Assembly: GCF_000981445.1 (NCBI RefSeq)
Contig: NC_027219.1
Span: 62,001-126,000 of the forward strand
Length of the DNA stretch: 64,000 nt
Direction: 5' to 3'
From: Babesia bigemina
Taxonomy: Eukaryota
Of this stretch, positions 36,201-48,808 are shown in pieces. Positions within the stretch are counted from its first letter, which is position 1. Each line of letters opens with the position of its first letter. Made by a program: the position numbers and the translations under genes. A model generated the notes under the pieces. That model was not told where the DNA came from. It was given only the letters and a program-made list of their open reading frames with translations, and did no database searches.

Positions 36201-39200
36201 TCAGTACCTATGGTTCGAAGGGGATGCGCGTGGGTTATTCCCGAATTGGATCAAACCGGCGGACAGCGAACCTCCACCGTTGTTGGTGTACAAGTTCTGT
36301 CAGGGAATCAATAACCTCACTGACGTATGGAATTATGAAGATCAGCACTTAGTGCTCTTGCAGAGTAAGTTTGATCGTGTTTATGAGAAGATCGACCTTA
36401 CTTTGCTTAATAGGCTTCTACGGTTGATTGTGGACCACAATGTTGCGGACTATATTACGGCTAAAAACAATGTCAGCATTTGCTTTAAGGATATGAGCCA
36501 TATAAACAGTTTCGGATTTATACGCGGTTTACAATTCGGCAGCTTCGTTTTCCAGTATTATGGTCTGATATTAGATTTGCTGTTACTGGGACTAACGCGT
36601 GCTACCGAGATCGCCGGTCCAACTTCGATGCCCAATGACTTTCTCAGTTTTACGGACGTTGAAACAGAAACTAGACACCCTATCAGGCTGTATTGCCGTT
36701 ACATCGACAGGATATTTGTGCTGTTCAAGTTTACAAGCACCGAAACACGTGATCTGGTGCAACGATACTTGACCGAGAACCCTGATCCCAATAATGAGAA
36801 TGTAGTAGGTTACAACAACAAGTCATGTTGGCCCAAAGATAGCCGTATGCGCTTAATGAAGCACGATGTGAATCTTGGTCGTGCTACATTTTGGGAAATG
36901 CAAGCACGGCTACCTCGATCTGTGACGACATTGGAATGGACTGATTCGTTTGTATCTGTATACGGCAAGGATAACCCAAACTTACTTTTTAACATGTGTG
37001 GTTTTGAGGTGAGGATATTCCCCAAAATCAGATGGTTGAAAAGTGGCGCATCGCAGGGTGAAGCATGTTGGAAATTACAGAATGAGAGAACCAAAGAGCT
37101 TGCAGCCACTGCGTACTTACGTGTTGATGCGGATGGAATGAGCGCTTTCGAAAATCGCATCAGGCAGATCCTTATGGCTAGTGGAAGCACCACCTTCACA
37201 AAAATAGCCAATAAGTGGAACACAGCATTAATCGGTATGATGACATACTATAGGGAGGCCGTTATTCACACTAACGAACTCCTAGATTTGTTAGTGAAAT
37301 GCGAAAATAAGATTCAGACTCGTATTAAGATAGGTTTGAATTCAAAGATGCCTTCACGTTTCCCTCCAGTGGTTTTCTATACTCCAAAGGAATTGGGTGG
37401 TCTTGGAATGCTTTCTATGGGTCATATTTTGATACCCCAGTCTGACCTGAAGTATAGCAAGCAGACGGATACAGGCATAACTCATTTCCGCAGCGGTATG
37501 TCACACGAGGAGGACCAACTGATTCCCAATCTATACCGTTACATTCAGACATGGGAAAGCGAGTTCATTGAAAGCCAACGCGTGTGGGCAGAATACGCCT
37601 TAAAGCGTCAAGAAGCTCAGGCACAAAGTCGCCGTCTAACCATTGAAGACCTCGAAGACTCGTTTGACCGCGGTATTCCACGCATCAACACACTGTTCCA
37701 GAAGGACAGGCACACGTTGGCATATGATAAGGGTTGGAGAGTCCAGCAAGACTTCAAGCAATATCATATAATGAAAGCAAATCCATTTTGGTGGACCCAT
37801 CAAAAACACGACGGTAAGTTGTGGAATTTGAATAACTATCGCACTGACATGATTCAAGCGTTGGGAGGAGTGGAAGGTATTTTAGAACACACACTTTTTA
37901 AGGGTACATACTTCGCAACGTGGGAAGGTCTTTTCTGGGAGAAAGCATCTGGTTTCGAAGAATCCATGAAGTACAAACGGCTCACAAATGCGCAAAGAAG
38001 CGGTTTGAACCAGATTCCGAATCGCAGATTTACACTGTGGTGGTCACCGACAATTAATAGGGCGAATGTGTATGTAGGTTTTCAGGTGCAATTAGATCTC
38101 ACCGGTATATTCATGCACGGCAAAATACCTACTCTCAAGATTTCGTTGATTCAGATATTCCGGGCGCATTTGTGGCAGAAGATTCATGAATCCCTGGTTA
38201 TGGATTTATGTCAGGTGTTGGACCTGGAGCTCGACGCTCTGGAGATTGAGACAGTACAAAAGGAGACTATTCACCCCCGTAAATCATATAAGATGAACAG
38301 TAGTTGTGCGGACATTTTGTTGTTTGCAGCATATAAGTGGCATGTGGGCAAGCCAAGTTTGCTGACTGATGCCGATGTTGGAGAGGCAACTACGTCTACG
38401 AATAAGTTCTGGATAGATGTCCAGCTTAGGTGGGGTGACTATGATAGCCACGATATTGAACGATACTGTCGTGCTAAATTTTTGGACTACACAACGGACA
38501 GCATGTCGATTTATCCGTGTCCAACCGGGTGTCTGATTGGTGTGGATCTGGCATACAACATGCACAGCGGTTTTGGGTACTGGTTCCCAGGGATGAAGAC
38601 TCTATGCGGTCGAGCAATGAATAAGATTATGAAGGCAAACCCTGCGATGTTCGTATTGCGCGAGCGAATTCGCAAGGGTTTGCAGCTCTATTCTAGCGAG
38701 CCCGCTGAACCGTACTTGTCATCGCAGAATTTCGGTGAACTGTTTGGATCTCAGACTATATGGTTTGTTGATGACACCAACGTGTACAGAGTGACTATTC
38801 ACAAAACGTTTGAAGGCAACCTGACAACAAAACCAGTAAATGGCGCTATTTTCGTATTTAACCCGAAAACGGGTCAGCTGTTTTTGAAGATAATTCACAC
38901 GTCAGTGTGGGCCGGTCAGAAACGCCTAAGCCAGCTGGCCAAATGGAAAACTGCGGAAGAAGTTGCAGCGTTGATCCGTTCTTTACCTGTAGAAGAACAA
39001 CCCAAGCAGATCATTGTGACTAGGAAGGGTATGCTTGACCCACTTGAAGTGCATTTGCTTGACTTCCCAAATATAGTCATAAAGGGGAGTGAATTGCAGC
39101 TGCCATATCAGTCAATAATGAAGCTTGAAAAGTTCGGAGACATGATTTTACGCGCGACTCAACCCGAAATGGTTCTTTTCAACCTGTATGACGATTGGCT

Positions 39201-40416
39201 AAAGAGCATCAGTAGTTACACAGCTTTCAGCCGTTTAATACTGATTCTCAGAGCGATGCATGTTAATTGCGATCGCGCCAAAGTGCTGTTAAAACCGTCT
39301 AAAACTACAGTGACCCTGCCACACCATGTTTGGCCAAGTTTGACGGACGCTGAGTGGATAAACTGCGAAGTTGCGCTGAAGGACCTGATTTTGGCTGATT
39401 ACGCGAAACGCAACGGCGTGAATGCCACAAGTCTGACACAGAGTGAGATACGTGATATAATATTGGGAATGGAGATTTCCCCGCCAGATATACAACGCCA
39501 GGAGCTTGAGGAGAATCGCAATGATGCAGCTGCAAAGACAGTTACCACTCGTTCCGTGAACGTGCACGGAGATGAGATCATAGTGACAACGCAGAGTCCA
39601 CATGAGCAGAAGGTGTTCGCCAGTAAGACCGATTGGCGTAATCGGTGTTTGGCTGCTGGTTTGCTCCACCGTCGGCTTGAAGGTTTGTCTGTTGAGAGCG
39701 TAGACTCTGAGGATACCGTTGTTATTCCACATAATCTAATCAGGAAGCTGATTATGGTATCCGATCTGCGCACGGCAGTGGCTGTGTATTTGTACGGGAA
39801 AATATCAAGCGTTGACGGTGAGCCCGATCAAGCCACAAATGATGGTTCCCGCGGAGGTGGCAGCCATGTAAGGGAAGTGACGTGCATGGTTTTTGTGCCC
39901 CAGGTAGGTAACCAGTATACTGTCGATTTACCGAAGCAAGGGCCACAACATGAGGCACTGGATGGATTAGAACCATTGGGATGGTTGATCACGCGCCCCA
40001 CGGATGGCAGCGTAGCGTCGGAAGTTGTTGAGACACACAGACGTCTACAAAATGACCTAAGCTGGGATGTTGCATCGATCCTTTGTACGTGTACTTTCGT
40101 CCGAGGTAGCTGTGCGTTTTTGGCTCACCGGTTGACTCCCGATGCGTTAATAAGCAAGGATGTTTCAAACACCAGCGCACTCCTAACTGCAGTTCAGGTG
40201 TTGATTTCCGACAAGTACAAGGGTTTCTTCCTTGTACCTGTAGATGAGGCGTGGAACTACAATTTCATGGGTGCAAAGCATTCGCTACACATGCACTATC
40301 AACTGCAAGTCGAGGTTCCCAGGCCATTTTATGACCCTGTACACCGCCCATTGCACTTCATACAGTTTGCTCAAGCTAACGAATCGAAGGATTTTGAACT
40401 CGAGAACCCTTTGTAA
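33223..40416 (+). CDS. PRP8: Pre-mRNA-processing-splicing factor 8, 2397 aa, intronless
   Basis: Hallmark sequences throughout ([52 protein letters not shown]). Confidence 0.99.
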   Translation: MKNLSGASHRGGSLSSNTNESNISAMGVPAPPGMAINCGGLPPGYNVGYTHKTEFEILQDKARKWQKLNTRRFTKTSAAPLATYAAPMPPEHLRKVFREHGDMSNRKYRYDKRVYLGALKYVPHAVYKLLENMPMPWEQLRNVRVLYHITGAITFVDEIPWVVDPIFLAQWGTMWIMMRREKRDRRHFKRMRFPPFDDEEPPLDYSENILDVEPLEAIQMQLDPEEDAAVMNWFYDSKPLQYESKMINGPSYRRWFLTVEQMGVLYRLAGQLFSDIQDDNYFYLFNLKAFYTAKALNTAIPGGPKFEPLFRDAQEDEDWNEFNDVSKIIIRQQIRTEYKIAFPYLYCNRPRKVAIAPYHTKLCAYVKQDDPDLPVFYYDPVINPIPAYTIKDGNVREYDSEDWDRSDATDPCSKPNSFVSCSAAETLNDGVENNKNGDISYSSPDAGTNFPRGVVPLLATVPLESDNTSNGVALCWAPHPFNKRSGNCRRAIDLPIVQSWFREHVPASHPVKVRVSYQKLLKGWVLSNLHSRRPKSMKKRKLFKLFRATKFFQTTEMDWVEVGLQVCRQGYNMLNLLIHRKNLTYLHLDYNFNLKPVKTLTTKERKKSRFGNAFHLCREILRLTKLVVDSHAQYRLGNVDAYQLADGLQYIFAHVGQLTGMYRYKYRLMRQVRMCKDLKHLIYYRFNTGSVGKGPGCGFWVCGWRVWCFFLRGIMPLLERWLGNLLARQFEGRVSKGVAKTVTKQRVESHFDLELRAAVMHDILDMMPEGIRANKARTILQHLSEAWRCWKANIPWKVPEMPAAIENMILRYVKMKADWWTNASYYNRERIKRGATVDKTVCKKNLGRLTRLWLKSEQERQHGYLKDGPYITGEEAVAIYTTAVHWLESRKFSHIPFPPLNYKHDTKLLILALERLKEPYSTKGRLNQNQREELGLIEQAYDNPHEALSRIKRHLLTQRAFKEVTIEFMDLYSHLIPVYDIDPLEKITDAYLSQYLWFEGDARGLFPNWIKPADSEPPPLLVYKFCQGINNLTDVWNYEDQHLVLLQSKFDRVYEKIDLTLLNRLLRLIVDHNVADYITAKNNVSICFKDMSHINSFGFIRGLQFGSFVFQYYGLILDLLLLGLTRATEIAGPTSMPNDFLSFTDVETETRHPIRLYCRYIDRIFVLFKFTSTETRDLVQRYLTENPDPNNENVVGYNNKSCWPKDSRMRLMKHDVNLGRATFWEMQARLPRSVTTLEWTDSFVSVYGKDNPNLLFNMCGFEVRIFPKIRWLKSGASQGEACWKLQNERTKELAATAYLRVDADGMSAFENRIRQILMASGSTTFTKIANKWNTALIGMMTYYREAVIHTNELLDLLVKCENKIQTRIKIGLNSKMPSRFPPVVFYTPKELGGLGMLSMGHILIPQSDLKYSKQTDTGITHFRSGMSHEEDQLIPNLYRYIQTWESEFIESQRVWAEYALKRQEAQAQSRRLTIEDLEDSFDRGIPRINTLFQKDRHTLAYDKGWRVQQDFKQYHIMKANPFWWTHQKHDGKLWNLNNYRTDMIQALGGVEGILEHTLFKGTYFATWEGLFWEKASGFEESMKYKRLTNAQRSGLNQIPNRRFTLWWSPTINRANVYVGFQVQLDLTGIFMHGKIPTLKISLIQIFRAHLWQKIHESLVMDLCQVLDLELDALEIETVQKETIHPRKSYKMNSSCADILLFAAYKWHVGKPSLLTDADVGEATTSTNKFWIDVQLRWGDYDSHDIERYCRAKFLDYTTDSMSIYPCPTGCLIGVDLAYNMHSGFGYWFPGMKTLCGRAMNKIMKANPAMFVLRERIRKGLQLYSSEPAEPYLSSQNFGELFGSQTIWFVDDTNVYRVTIHKTFEGNLTTKPVNGAIFVFNPKTGQLFLKIIHTSVWAGQKRLSQLAKWKTAEEVAALIRSLPVEEQPKQIIVTRKGMLDPLEVHLLDFPNIVIKGSELQLPYQSIMKLEKFGDMILRATQPEMVLFNLYDDWLKSISSYTAFSRLILILRAMHVNCDRAKVLLKPSKTTVTLPHHVWPSLTDAEWINCEVALKDLILADYAKRNGVNATSLTQSEIRDIILGMEISPPDIQRQELEENRNDAAAKTVTTRSVNVHGDEIIVTTQSPHEQKVFASKTDWRNRCLAAGLLHRRLEGLSVESVDSEDTVVIPHNLIRKLIMVSDLRTAVAVYLYGKISSVDGEPDQATNDGSRGGGSHVREVTCMVFVPQVGNQYTVDLPKQGPQHEALDGLEPLGWLITRPTDGSVASEVVETHRRLQNDLSWDVASILCTCTFVRGSCAFLAHRLTPDALISKDVSNTSALLTAVQVLISDKYKGFFLVPVDEAWNYNFMGAKHSLHMHYQLQVEVPRPFYDPVHRPLHFIQFAQANESKDFELENPL

Positions 40417-41085
40417 CATGTAACGTGTATAACAAATGTGGTTAATGGCAACCGAATTTTCATCTTTTGTTGCCGCTGTAAACTCAAAGGTGCACGCCTT
40501 TTGAATTTCATATCACTACTTTAGATATCGCATGTTCCTAGTAGAAATTGCCCTGCTAGCGCATTCACCAAACTATTGAACTACGCGAGGGGCCTACGCC
40601 ATGTGTAAGAACATGCGGTTGCAAAAGGCTCCACAGTTGGTATACACGACTATTCCACAGCTTCATAATCTGTTATTCGTATTATGAAGTGGAGTGTGAG
40701 ATTAGAACATTTCTGGAGTCTATACTTCATATTCCGTTTGCTCGCTTGTAAACTTTTCGTAATCGCATTACCATTTATACGTCTTCCATGCTTTTTACGC
40801 TATGGACAAACCAACTCCCCAAATATATCGCCATTTAAAACCAAGAATGATGATTTAAGAGCAGATATGATGTCACACATTCTTTGTTTTTGCGCACAAA
40901 AAAGTGTTACGTGCCTTCTGTGGGCTAAACGCCCTGCGCATCTCAAGTTTCAAGTTTTAAACATGGAGGAACAATGTATTTAGTCATTGGTAAACAGGAG
41001 TCGTCACTGCAGTGGGTATTGTAATCCTTTTCGCGAAGCATCAGTCGTATGTCTACCCGTAAAATTATTGTCAAGGCAATCACTT

Positions 41086-42947
41086 ATGCGCATTAGCAGG
41101 GCATATTTAATATTTAACGTATTTAGTGTGGTCAATTCTTTCGTGTATCGTGTATCAACCTGGAACCCTGCCACTAGCATCCTATCGCCATGGCGTCGCC
41201 AACATTTTGCATCAACTGTAGACGCTGAAATTAAGGCGAATGATGAAAGATGCATACCACCGTTGTATGCACGCGACAAACATGTTTTTGACGCCTTAAA
41301 TGGCGCAGAAGGCAACGATGTGGGCTTAGTGGCCAATGCAGGAGATTCCAACCAGGCGGTACTGTGCGACAGCTTGGGCGAATCGATAACTGGCGAAGGC
41401 GACCCGCAGGATGGAGATATCATGCATGAATCCGTTTATCATAATAGCTCCGATGAGTCAATCACGTTTAATAGGCATCCTTACCGCCCAAAGCAGGATG
41501 AGGTTGGGAACGGCAAGATGTCACGCAGGTTATGGAAGCTCTTAATGGCTCTTCTCATATATAGGGTAAGTGCAACCTTATTGTGTTGCAAATGATGAAT
41601 CAGTCCAAGTATGGAGACTATGCGGTGGACAAATCCTTCAAGTTCAGCGATGCCGACGAGCCCAAACTTAAAGGATATAACCTTGGAACTGAATTGGACG
41701 CTCTTTTGTCAAGCATACAACTTCGAGAGAGAGACGAGGGTCTGTACAACAAACTACTGTTAGAATCACAACACAAAGAGCCTGTTTTTCCTGCGTGCGA
41801 CACCCGCGAAGCTCCACATTTGTTGTGGCTTATTGGCTTTCCGACTGTTAAGTACATTAACGATAATGAGGCGTTACGCCGGCAAATGGCGGGCGCCCGT
41901 GGTATGCGCAAAAGGATAAGCCGCTTCGGGACGACAAAAGACATGGGGTTATCACGGAAGGAACTTAAAGAGGGCACAGAGGGTGATCCATCACGTTTAG
42001 AGCAAGTGAAGAAGGCGTTGATAGACGATTTCGAGCAGAGCTACCAAAATGAATGCGACAGGATGTATTTTAACAAGACGCAAGTACTACCAAGTCCTTC
42101 AAACCGTGCAAAGATACGGCCTGCGCTGCTTAAAGGTGTAATTAGCAAGCTTCTTGAGTTGAAGCAGACGAAGAATCCCGCTATATTATTACGTAAACCC
42201 ACAAGAGACGATATAGAAGCAGGCCATCATTACGCTTTCTACCACTGGAATTTCGAGGACGTTATAGAGTCTATGGTGTTGTTTAACGTAGGTGAACTTA
42301 TTAGAAATATAGCCTTCCTGCAGGACATGTATATGGATTACAACCGCGAGATTCTAATCGACAGTGTCAAGCACGGGAAACCGTTCAAGCCAATTACGTT
42401 TAACATTCTACGACCGGAGTGGAGAGTTCCCAAGGACTACCTTTGGCCTGAGAGGTTGTGGGGTCTTCCGCTTGGACTTTGGTTGGAAAAGTTTCGAACG
42501 GGTGACATAGACGCCAAACAACATTGGGTGCGCCGCGACGTGCTTGATTATCTGCAGTTTGATTGGGGTGACGGTTTGAAGTATTTAACATTCACTTGGG
42601 ACAAACTGGTGCTTGGACTGCTCTGGTACATAAATTTTCGTGGTTATCCAATTACCGACATGGACCCTCACCTCGTAATATCCAACGCTGAATTAGTCGC
42701 CAAGTGGGGAAAACCGGAAGAAATCCAAGGTCTGAAGCTTGGATACATATTTTACAGCGCTATGGATCAAATTCAGGTTTTGAAAAAACACCACCCTGAA
42801 CGGTACGAGTTTTTGACAGACATGGGCATCAGCCACGTTTGGCACGATGACTTCGATGTCAGTTACAGATCGATTCCGCATGAAAAATCGACGCCTATGT
42901 CGCGTCATATTAAGGTGTCTAAGGATTCCAAATATCTAAGGGACTAG
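41086..42947 (+). CDS. Probable apicoplast-targeted protein with helicase-associated (HA)-like repeats, 2 exons
   Basis: Signal/transit-like N-terminus MRISRAYLIFNVFSVVNSF; phase-0 intron ~41503-41564; repeats WRVP..YLWPERLWGLPLGLW...LQFDW and WDKL..GL..Y....G...PEEIQGLKLG...LTDMG. Confidence 0.72.
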
Positions 42948-43019
42948 ACGTTAGCTTAGCGCCCGTCGCTTCATGTTTATCGCAAACAAACAGTTACAAC
43001 TGCGTGTAACATTTAGATT

Positions 43020-43988
43020 ATGCACCAAACATCAGATCAGTTGTACATTGACGTCCTATGCCTCTTTATTAGTCCGCTGTTTAGCGACCCTGAAGAGGCA
43101 TTGCGATTGAAACTAATACAGTGGCTGGTACGCCGGTATATATCTGCCAGTGAAAGTGATAAAATAGGTGTATATATTACGGGGTATAGACAGTTAACGA
43201 CTCGGCATTTTCAGTTGCTATCCCGAACAATCGAAGAGGTATGTGCCTTGCTTGATATTCCCCCGTTTTCGATCAAGGTAAACTACATCACGGATCACAA
43301 TTCACATACGCACTTGCGCGATGATGTCTGTAATGGAATCGACGCGCTGCGTGGCTCTAAAATCGCTGATAACGATGAGCCTTCAAAACCTGTGTTAGTA
43401 GAAAAGCATTGTGCGCTGGATATTCAATTGAACGAGTTATTGACTCCATTACTGTTTTATCGGGATTATTACAGCGCGTACAGTCTCACTACAGTCGAGT
43501 TGATACTGTTGTCCGGTACCAACAGCGGCAAAGAATTTATTCGGTGGTTCACGGACTTCCAGCGATCTTCTGCAGATTACGGTTGTTACGGAGCACGTGA
43601 GAAATGGGAGCTACACATAATACGCATTGAAGACGCTTTATCACCCTTCTTCGGCGAAAGTGAGCGCCGTCTCGTACGACAGTTCGAAGCTGCAACCTCC
43701 AACATAAACGAGAGTTCGACATGCATCTGCATCGAAGGAGTGCACCACTTTCAACAAAACAAGGAAGATTTGAGCGAATTAGACCGCCGTATTTTGGCTA
43801 CATTGCTTCTATTGCTCGACAGCGTTTCCAAGTCTGACAGCATTTTGCTTCAGCCTCGTGTCAGTTCCAGTGGAGCGTCACGGAAGAGAGGTTCTTTAAT
43901 TGTGGTAGCAACTAGTGACTGCCGAGCGGACCAACTTTCAGATGCACTCACACGGCCTGGAAGACTTGACAGGGTGATACACGTTTGA
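43020..43988 (+). CDS. Divergent single-domain AAA+ ATPase-like protein
   Basis: SPFFGESERRL pore loop, RILATLLLLLD, IVVATS and ALTRPGRLDRVI second region of homology; Walker A and B are degenerate. Confidence 0.8.
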   Translation: MHQTSDQLYIDVLCLFISPLFSDPEEALRLKLIQWLVRRYISASESDKIGVYITGYRQLTTRHFQLLSRTIEEVCALLDIPPFSIKVNYITDHNSHTHLRDDVCNGIDALRGSKIADNDEPSKPVLVEKHCALDIQLNELLTPLLFYRDYYSAYSLTTVELILLSGTNSGKEFIRWFTDFQRSSADYGCYGAREKWELHIIRIEDALSPFFGESERRLVRQFEAATSNINESSTCICIEGVHHFQQNKEDLSELDRRILATLLLLLDSVSKSDSILLQPRVSSSGASRKRGSLIVVATSDCRADQLSDALTRPGRLDRVIHV

Positions 43989-44250
43989 TAAAAACATGAG
44001 CAAGTTATCGCAACACCCGCAGCGCTATTCATCGCATAAATGTGCTGCAGCGTCAGCACCACGAAACAGAACAAATCACATTTACACAACCAACCAAACA
44101 TTACAATTTGTTTCGTAACTACAGTGATCGGTAAGATATATGAATTAAGCCGAAAATGCCACATTTATGCCTTGTGTTGCGGTCGCATCCATACATCACT
44201 TGGTGAAGTAGTAAAATTCCTTTCCTCTTTCCTTCACCAGATATTACGCT

Positions 44251-46170
44251 TTAATCACTGTGTAGCTTCCGTTTCCACGACAGGTTGTGCCTGCGACCAG
44301 TGGATTTCGGCTCCGCCGTGGTTCGTAGTATGAACTTAAGTGGGACACCTTTGAATCCAAATTCGTCCGATATAGCACGTTTGATCTGCCTCATATAATG
44401 TTGAGGAAATACGCCATACACGTTTGACCACATGATAAATGTTGGTGGATTCCCTCTCACTTGAGCGGCGAATTTAACGTTGACCTTTGCGCCGTCATGC
44501 CATGGGGGCGGCCACTTCGCCAAGAACTTTCGCAGCCAATTGTTCAAAACGCTCGTTTCTATTACCTGTCTAGATCTCCTTGCCAATGCCAAGACCTCGT
44601 TTCTGAGACGTCGCAACGCCGTGTGTTGCACATCCGGTGTAGTAAGTTCAGTTGTGTTATCTAAACCTGCATTAATCATAGGAAGGGACAATATAGGGAT
44701 GCCATCAAACTCATGGCCCGTACTAGATAAATCCAGTTCCATTTTACGTTTCGGAGGCTGTTGCGCTGGAACCACTAATACCATTGGTTTGTGAGATCGG
44801 ATGATACGGGATACCCATGCGCATTCCTTTTTAGTAAGGTGCACTTTCCACGCATGTCTTTCATCAGTGTTCTGAACACACATGATAATGATGTCCGCCT
44901 TGCGCACCAGAGCGAGTGTTTGCATCGATGCAACTCTCCCCAGGCTACCTCCCAAGTTCAACGCCGCAGCGGAATAGAGTTCTACAGGCTGAGTGATCGG
45001 CAATTTACAATTGTCACGGCCCCATTCAACATAGTACTGATGCCAATTTGGCGACAAGGTGTCACCGATAAATTCAGGTACGTTTGTACTGTTGATTTTC
45101 GAATCCGCTAAAAGCCTAGCCAGTGTGTCTTGGCAGCTTGCAACACTCCCCAACAATACTACACGCAGCGGTAGCATGGTGCTTGATGTTTCTTCTATTT
45201 TTGGTTGCGTTGATTCTATATCATTATAGCTATTTTCAACAGTTGTGTCGCCTTCTGATTGGTCAACGAACATTCGATTGTTTGCCGATTTTGAAATGTA
45301 CATCTGTGCAATCTTTTCACCCGGGGACAATACAGGCGGTACTACAAAATCACCTTCGTCTGCAATAGTGAATGGTACATTATCACACACGCTGTTTAAT
45401 AGCCGCATCCATCTTTCATGCGGTTTAAATGAGCTTGACACGGGAGAGAAAACTCGCATGGATCTATCGATGTCGGCGTCGGTCATAGACATGTCACCTA
45501 CGCCGTTATACGCACTGCGCTCATTGTCGATGTGGTGGTTCGCCATAAGTGCCATATCTTCCAAGTTAAGGTTTCGGTTAGCGTCCCTTATGTTTAAAGC
45601 TTCAGATATAAGGTCCAGGAGACTCTTGATGCCTGTACGTTCAACTGCACTAACGAATACGGGTTCTCCCATCTCCAGAGAGTAACAGTCCGACAAACAC
45701 GTGCTTAAGGCTTCATAATAATCCTTTGAACCTTCTCTATCTAGTTTGTTAACTACCAAATTTATCTTAAAACCTCTCGGTGTGTCCTTCGACCATAGAC
45801 GCAATTTCCTTGCTATCTTTGTGTCTAGGGGAGTTAGGCCCTCTTGGCCATCGAGAACAAGCAGAACCATGTCCGACATTTTGATGGCTCTAACAGCATC
45901 ATCTTCAATCCTCGACAGTGAATGACTCCCATTTGTTTTCTGTATGCGATTGGCGAATGGGTATACGAGTGAATCAATGCCTCCTGTATCTATCAGTGAG
46001 ATTCTCTTTCCTTTTATGAAGAATTGGCCATGCTTAGCGTTACGAGTTGTTCCGGGGTGATCTGAAACGACGGACTTCATTACATTGGAGAAGTTTGTGT
46101 TATGAGCTGCCAACGCATTGAAAAGCGATGATTTGCCAACGTTGGAGCGGCCTATCAAAGTAACCAGCAT
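44251..46170 (-). CDS. der: Ribosome biogenesis GTPase Der/EngA-like (organellar)
   Basis: GRSNVGKS, PGTTR, DTGG and NKLD in GD1; C-terminal KH-like domain (KVNVKFAAQVRGNPPTF...FGFKGVPL). Confidence 0.88.
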   Translation of the reverse strand: MLVTLIGRSNVGKSSLFNALAAHNTNFSNVMKSVVSDHPGTTRNAKHGQFFIKGKRISLIDTGGIDSLVYPFANRIQKTNGSHSLSRIEDDAVRAIKMSDMVLLVLDGQEGLTPLDTKIARKLRLWSKDTPRGFKINLVVNKLDREGSKDYYEALSTCLSDCYSLEMGEPVFVSAVERTGIKSLLDLISEALNIRDANRNLNLEDMALMANHHIDNERSAYNGVGDMSMTDADIDRSMRVFSPVSSSFKPHERWMRLLNSVCDNVPFTIADEGDFVVPPVLSPGEKIAQMYISKSANNRMFVDQSEGDTTVENSYNDIESTQPKIEETSSTMLPLRVVLLGSVASCQDTLARLLADSKINSTNVPEFIGDTLSPNWHQYYVEWGRDNCKLPITQPVELYSAAALNLGGSLGRVASMQTLALVRKADIIIMCVQNTDERHAWKVHLTKKECAWVSRIIRSHKPMVLVVPAQQPPKRKMELDLSSTGHEFDGIPILSLPMINAGLDNTTELTTPDVQHTALRRLRNEVLALARRSRQVIETSVLNNWLRKFLAKWPPPWHDGAKVNVKFAAQVRGNPPTFIMWSNVYGVFPQHYMRQIKRAISDEFGFKGVPLKFILRTTAEPKSTGRRHNLSWKRKLHSD

Positions 46171-46492
46171 AGCTGTTTCTGTTACATAGAAAGCAACATT
46201 TATCCCATGAACGTGAGACAGTGCATTTTAGACCTGAAAATGAGCAATATAAATCACATAATTAGGGTCCTGGTCTAGCACGGTCCGATGTGTAAGAGTG
46301 TTGTCTATTATTACGTGACATTGTGAATGGATTTAAATAGCAGCAAAGTGAGGCACATTTGTATAAATACAATGTTAATAAATAAGTAAATTTGTTTAAA
46401 TGCTATCAAATGATGCTTTATTGGTTGTAAGTGACGCTTCGGCCTGCAGAATTGATTCTCCTTTATATGACCCCTACACATGTGGCATAAAT

Positions 46493-48100
46493 CTACTGTG
46501 GAGCCGCCCATTTATCCAAACGTACACAAGGGTTGGAGTCCGCTATAGGTTGGTCAGGGTGTAGCGGACGATAGTTGCCTGGGCATCGTAACTGCTCCGG
46601 AGTTCCCTCTGCATTGACGTTTGTTTCATTTCGCATCTTGCCCTCTGCTAGACGTAGACGCATTCCACTTTCAGCCTCACTATCCTTCTTTAACTCCTGA
46701 TTAGCTTCTTGCAGGAGTGCCTTGGCGTGTCCTTTGTGTACTGTGGCGAAGTATGTGTCGATAAGGCGCTGTATGGTGTTTATGTCCTCACGCATGCCAT
46801 CCATGTATTCTTTAAATCCACTTTGCTTTTGGATTGAGCTTGTCCTTTCGTTCTGAGCGACGTGAAACTTTGCTGCGACGTCCCTTATAGATTGCGTCAA
46901 TTTATCTATTCCGTTGTTGTCGGTAGGGTTGTGCTTAATAAAGTCATTGCGTTTTAGAATTTCCTCGAAAAGCTTCTTTTTCAGTCTTTCTTCATTTAGA
47001 GTCCACTTGATTATTTCCGCAAGTAGAGATTTTGATATCCTTGCTATGATAGCATTCATGTTTCTCATTTCGGCATCTTCATTGTGTACGGTTAGTCCAG
47101 GCGACGAAATCGTACTTTTCACAGCTATTAACCCGTTGGTCAGAGCATCATGAATTGTCCTCGCTCCTATTTCCTTTGATTTTTGCATGGCTACCTCTGA
47201 AGCTGCCAGTTCCAATACTTCCACTTTGGTGTCGAAACTTTCTCGGATAGCGCTGGACATTTTGGCGCTTATCTGCACATTCACGGGCGCACCATTCGCA
47301 TCTGCATCCGATTTGACCGAATCCAGCTGTCCCAGATCACCGTTAATCTCACGGCAGAACGTTTCATACGTATGCTCCAGGAAACGTTGGTAGTAGTCAA
47401 GGTCATGGGCTCCGGCAGATACCGCATCCAAGAAATTTCGCAATCGCTTATCAAGTTTCAAAATAGTTTCATCTATCATAGCGATGGTATCTAATCTCAT
47501 GTTTTGCCCTGATGGTTCTAAGACGTCAATGATGGCGTCGTTGTTGCCCGAAGTAGCATCAGAATCATCAGAAGGCACCGTCGGAATAAGAGAATACGCC
47601 GCACTCGTATCTACTGGAATTGTTATATTAACCGAAGCTTCATTCAACCCTGCATTTTTATGATTTGATTCGTATTCTTCTTTTGAAACAATCTTCGCGT
47701 GATCCGTATCGTCTGCAGGAACTTCGATTCTTGGCTGTTCAGATTTTTCACTCTCCTTTGATGTCTCAGATACGTCTACATCCTTCTTATTATCTACATT
47801 TTCACCACTTGTAGCCTCCTGTGTACCTTCTATATTACCACCCAAAGTCTGATCCTGGAGTTCCTTCAGGACTGCATCCATATCTCCGACCTCACTATTT
47901 GAATTGTTTTCTGTAGTAATATCCAGAGCAGTAGCATAATCATCTTTTGCTTTATCTGTCATATGCTTGTCGCCTAAATTTTTAATGTCCGCAGTGTCAG
48001 GAGTTTCGTTGGCCCATGCCTCCATGTCGAAAGCGTGGCTGTTTCCTAACATACCTAACACTGCAACCAACGCAGTTATCAAACATTCTCTTCTAACCAT
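46493..48100 (-). CDS. Secreted ~535-aa antigen, probable BOV57 ortholog (syntenic with Theileria p67/SPAG-1)
   Basis: Signal peptide MVRRECLITALVAVLGMLGNSHA, acidic N-half, helical C-half, C-terminal Cys pair. Size and position between a GTPase and the papain protease match my recollection of the bov57/p67 locus. Confidence 0.6.
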   Translation of the reverse strand: MVRRECLITALVAVLGMLGNSHAFDMEAWANETPDTADIKNLGDKHMTDKAKDDYATALDITTENNSNSEVGDMDAVLKELQDQTLGGNIEGTQEATSGENVDNKKDVDVSETSKESEKSEQPRIEVPADDTDHAKIVSKEEYESNHKNAGLNEASVNITIPVDTSAAYSLIPTVPSDDSDATSGNNDAIIDVLEPSGQNMRLDTIAMIDETILKLDKRLRNFLDAVSAGAHDLDYYQRFLEHTYETFCREINGDLGQLDSVKSDADANGAPVNVQISAKMSSAIRESFDTKVEVLELAASEVAMQKSKEIGARTIHDALTNGLIAVKSTISSPGLTVHNEDAEMRNMNAIIARISKSLLAEIIKWTLNEERLKKKLFEEILKRNDFIKHNPTDNNGIDKLTQSIRDVAAKFHVAQNERTSSIQKQSGFKEYMDGMREDINTIQRLIDTYFATVHKGHAKALLQEANQELKKDSEAESGMRLRLAEGKMRNETNVNAEGTPEQLRCPGNYRPLHPDQPIADSNPCVRLDKWAAPQ

Positions 48101-48808
48101 TTTGGAAGCCTTTTTGATCGCACCGTTGCAATTTATCGTTTCTGCAATGGCCCACAAACCCCGTCCAGCTATTGCTCCACTTGGAAATTAAAACGCAAAA
48201 CCTTATACTTAATCAAAAGGCCTACCAAATCGCCCTTTGTAACCTCAAAAGCTTCTCGTGTGAATCCTATTACCCAAACGGACGATACGTCTCCGGCGTT
48301 ACTGTCAAATATACGTTCACAGCAGTCGTCAACCTTCGTTTAACAAATTTGTGAATCTATATATATTGGAGTTATATATAAATTGAAAGCGCACAACTAA
48401 TTCCCTGTCGACATCTTTCCAATCGAGATGATCATGAAATAGAAAATTCACGCGATCTTTTCATCGACGGGTACGAAACTAGATTCCAACAAATGATGGA
48501 TGCATTGTGGTACGTATCGGACCTACTTTACTCCACAATAACGTGAACATCGTGTTTACGCCGTAATATCAATTAAATGTATGCCAAAAGAATTCGGCGA
48601 TTCAACCTCTAGTCACAAGTAACTGAGATGCTACTACAGATCACAAAGATGAGCGAAAATTTGACTCACTGGAATACAATTCGTGATAATTACGGATTTA
48701 TATCACCCATAAAGTAAATTGGAGTGCGTAAGAAAATTTCATACAGTATCGGCTAATGCTGTTACAGCAACACGGATGTTAGGATAATTGAAGATCGCGC
48801 CTATAACA

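Noticed and set aside
33223..40416. PRP8 intein
   Set aside because: The usual insertion region ([16 protein letters not shown]) is uninterrupted and the protein length is normal.
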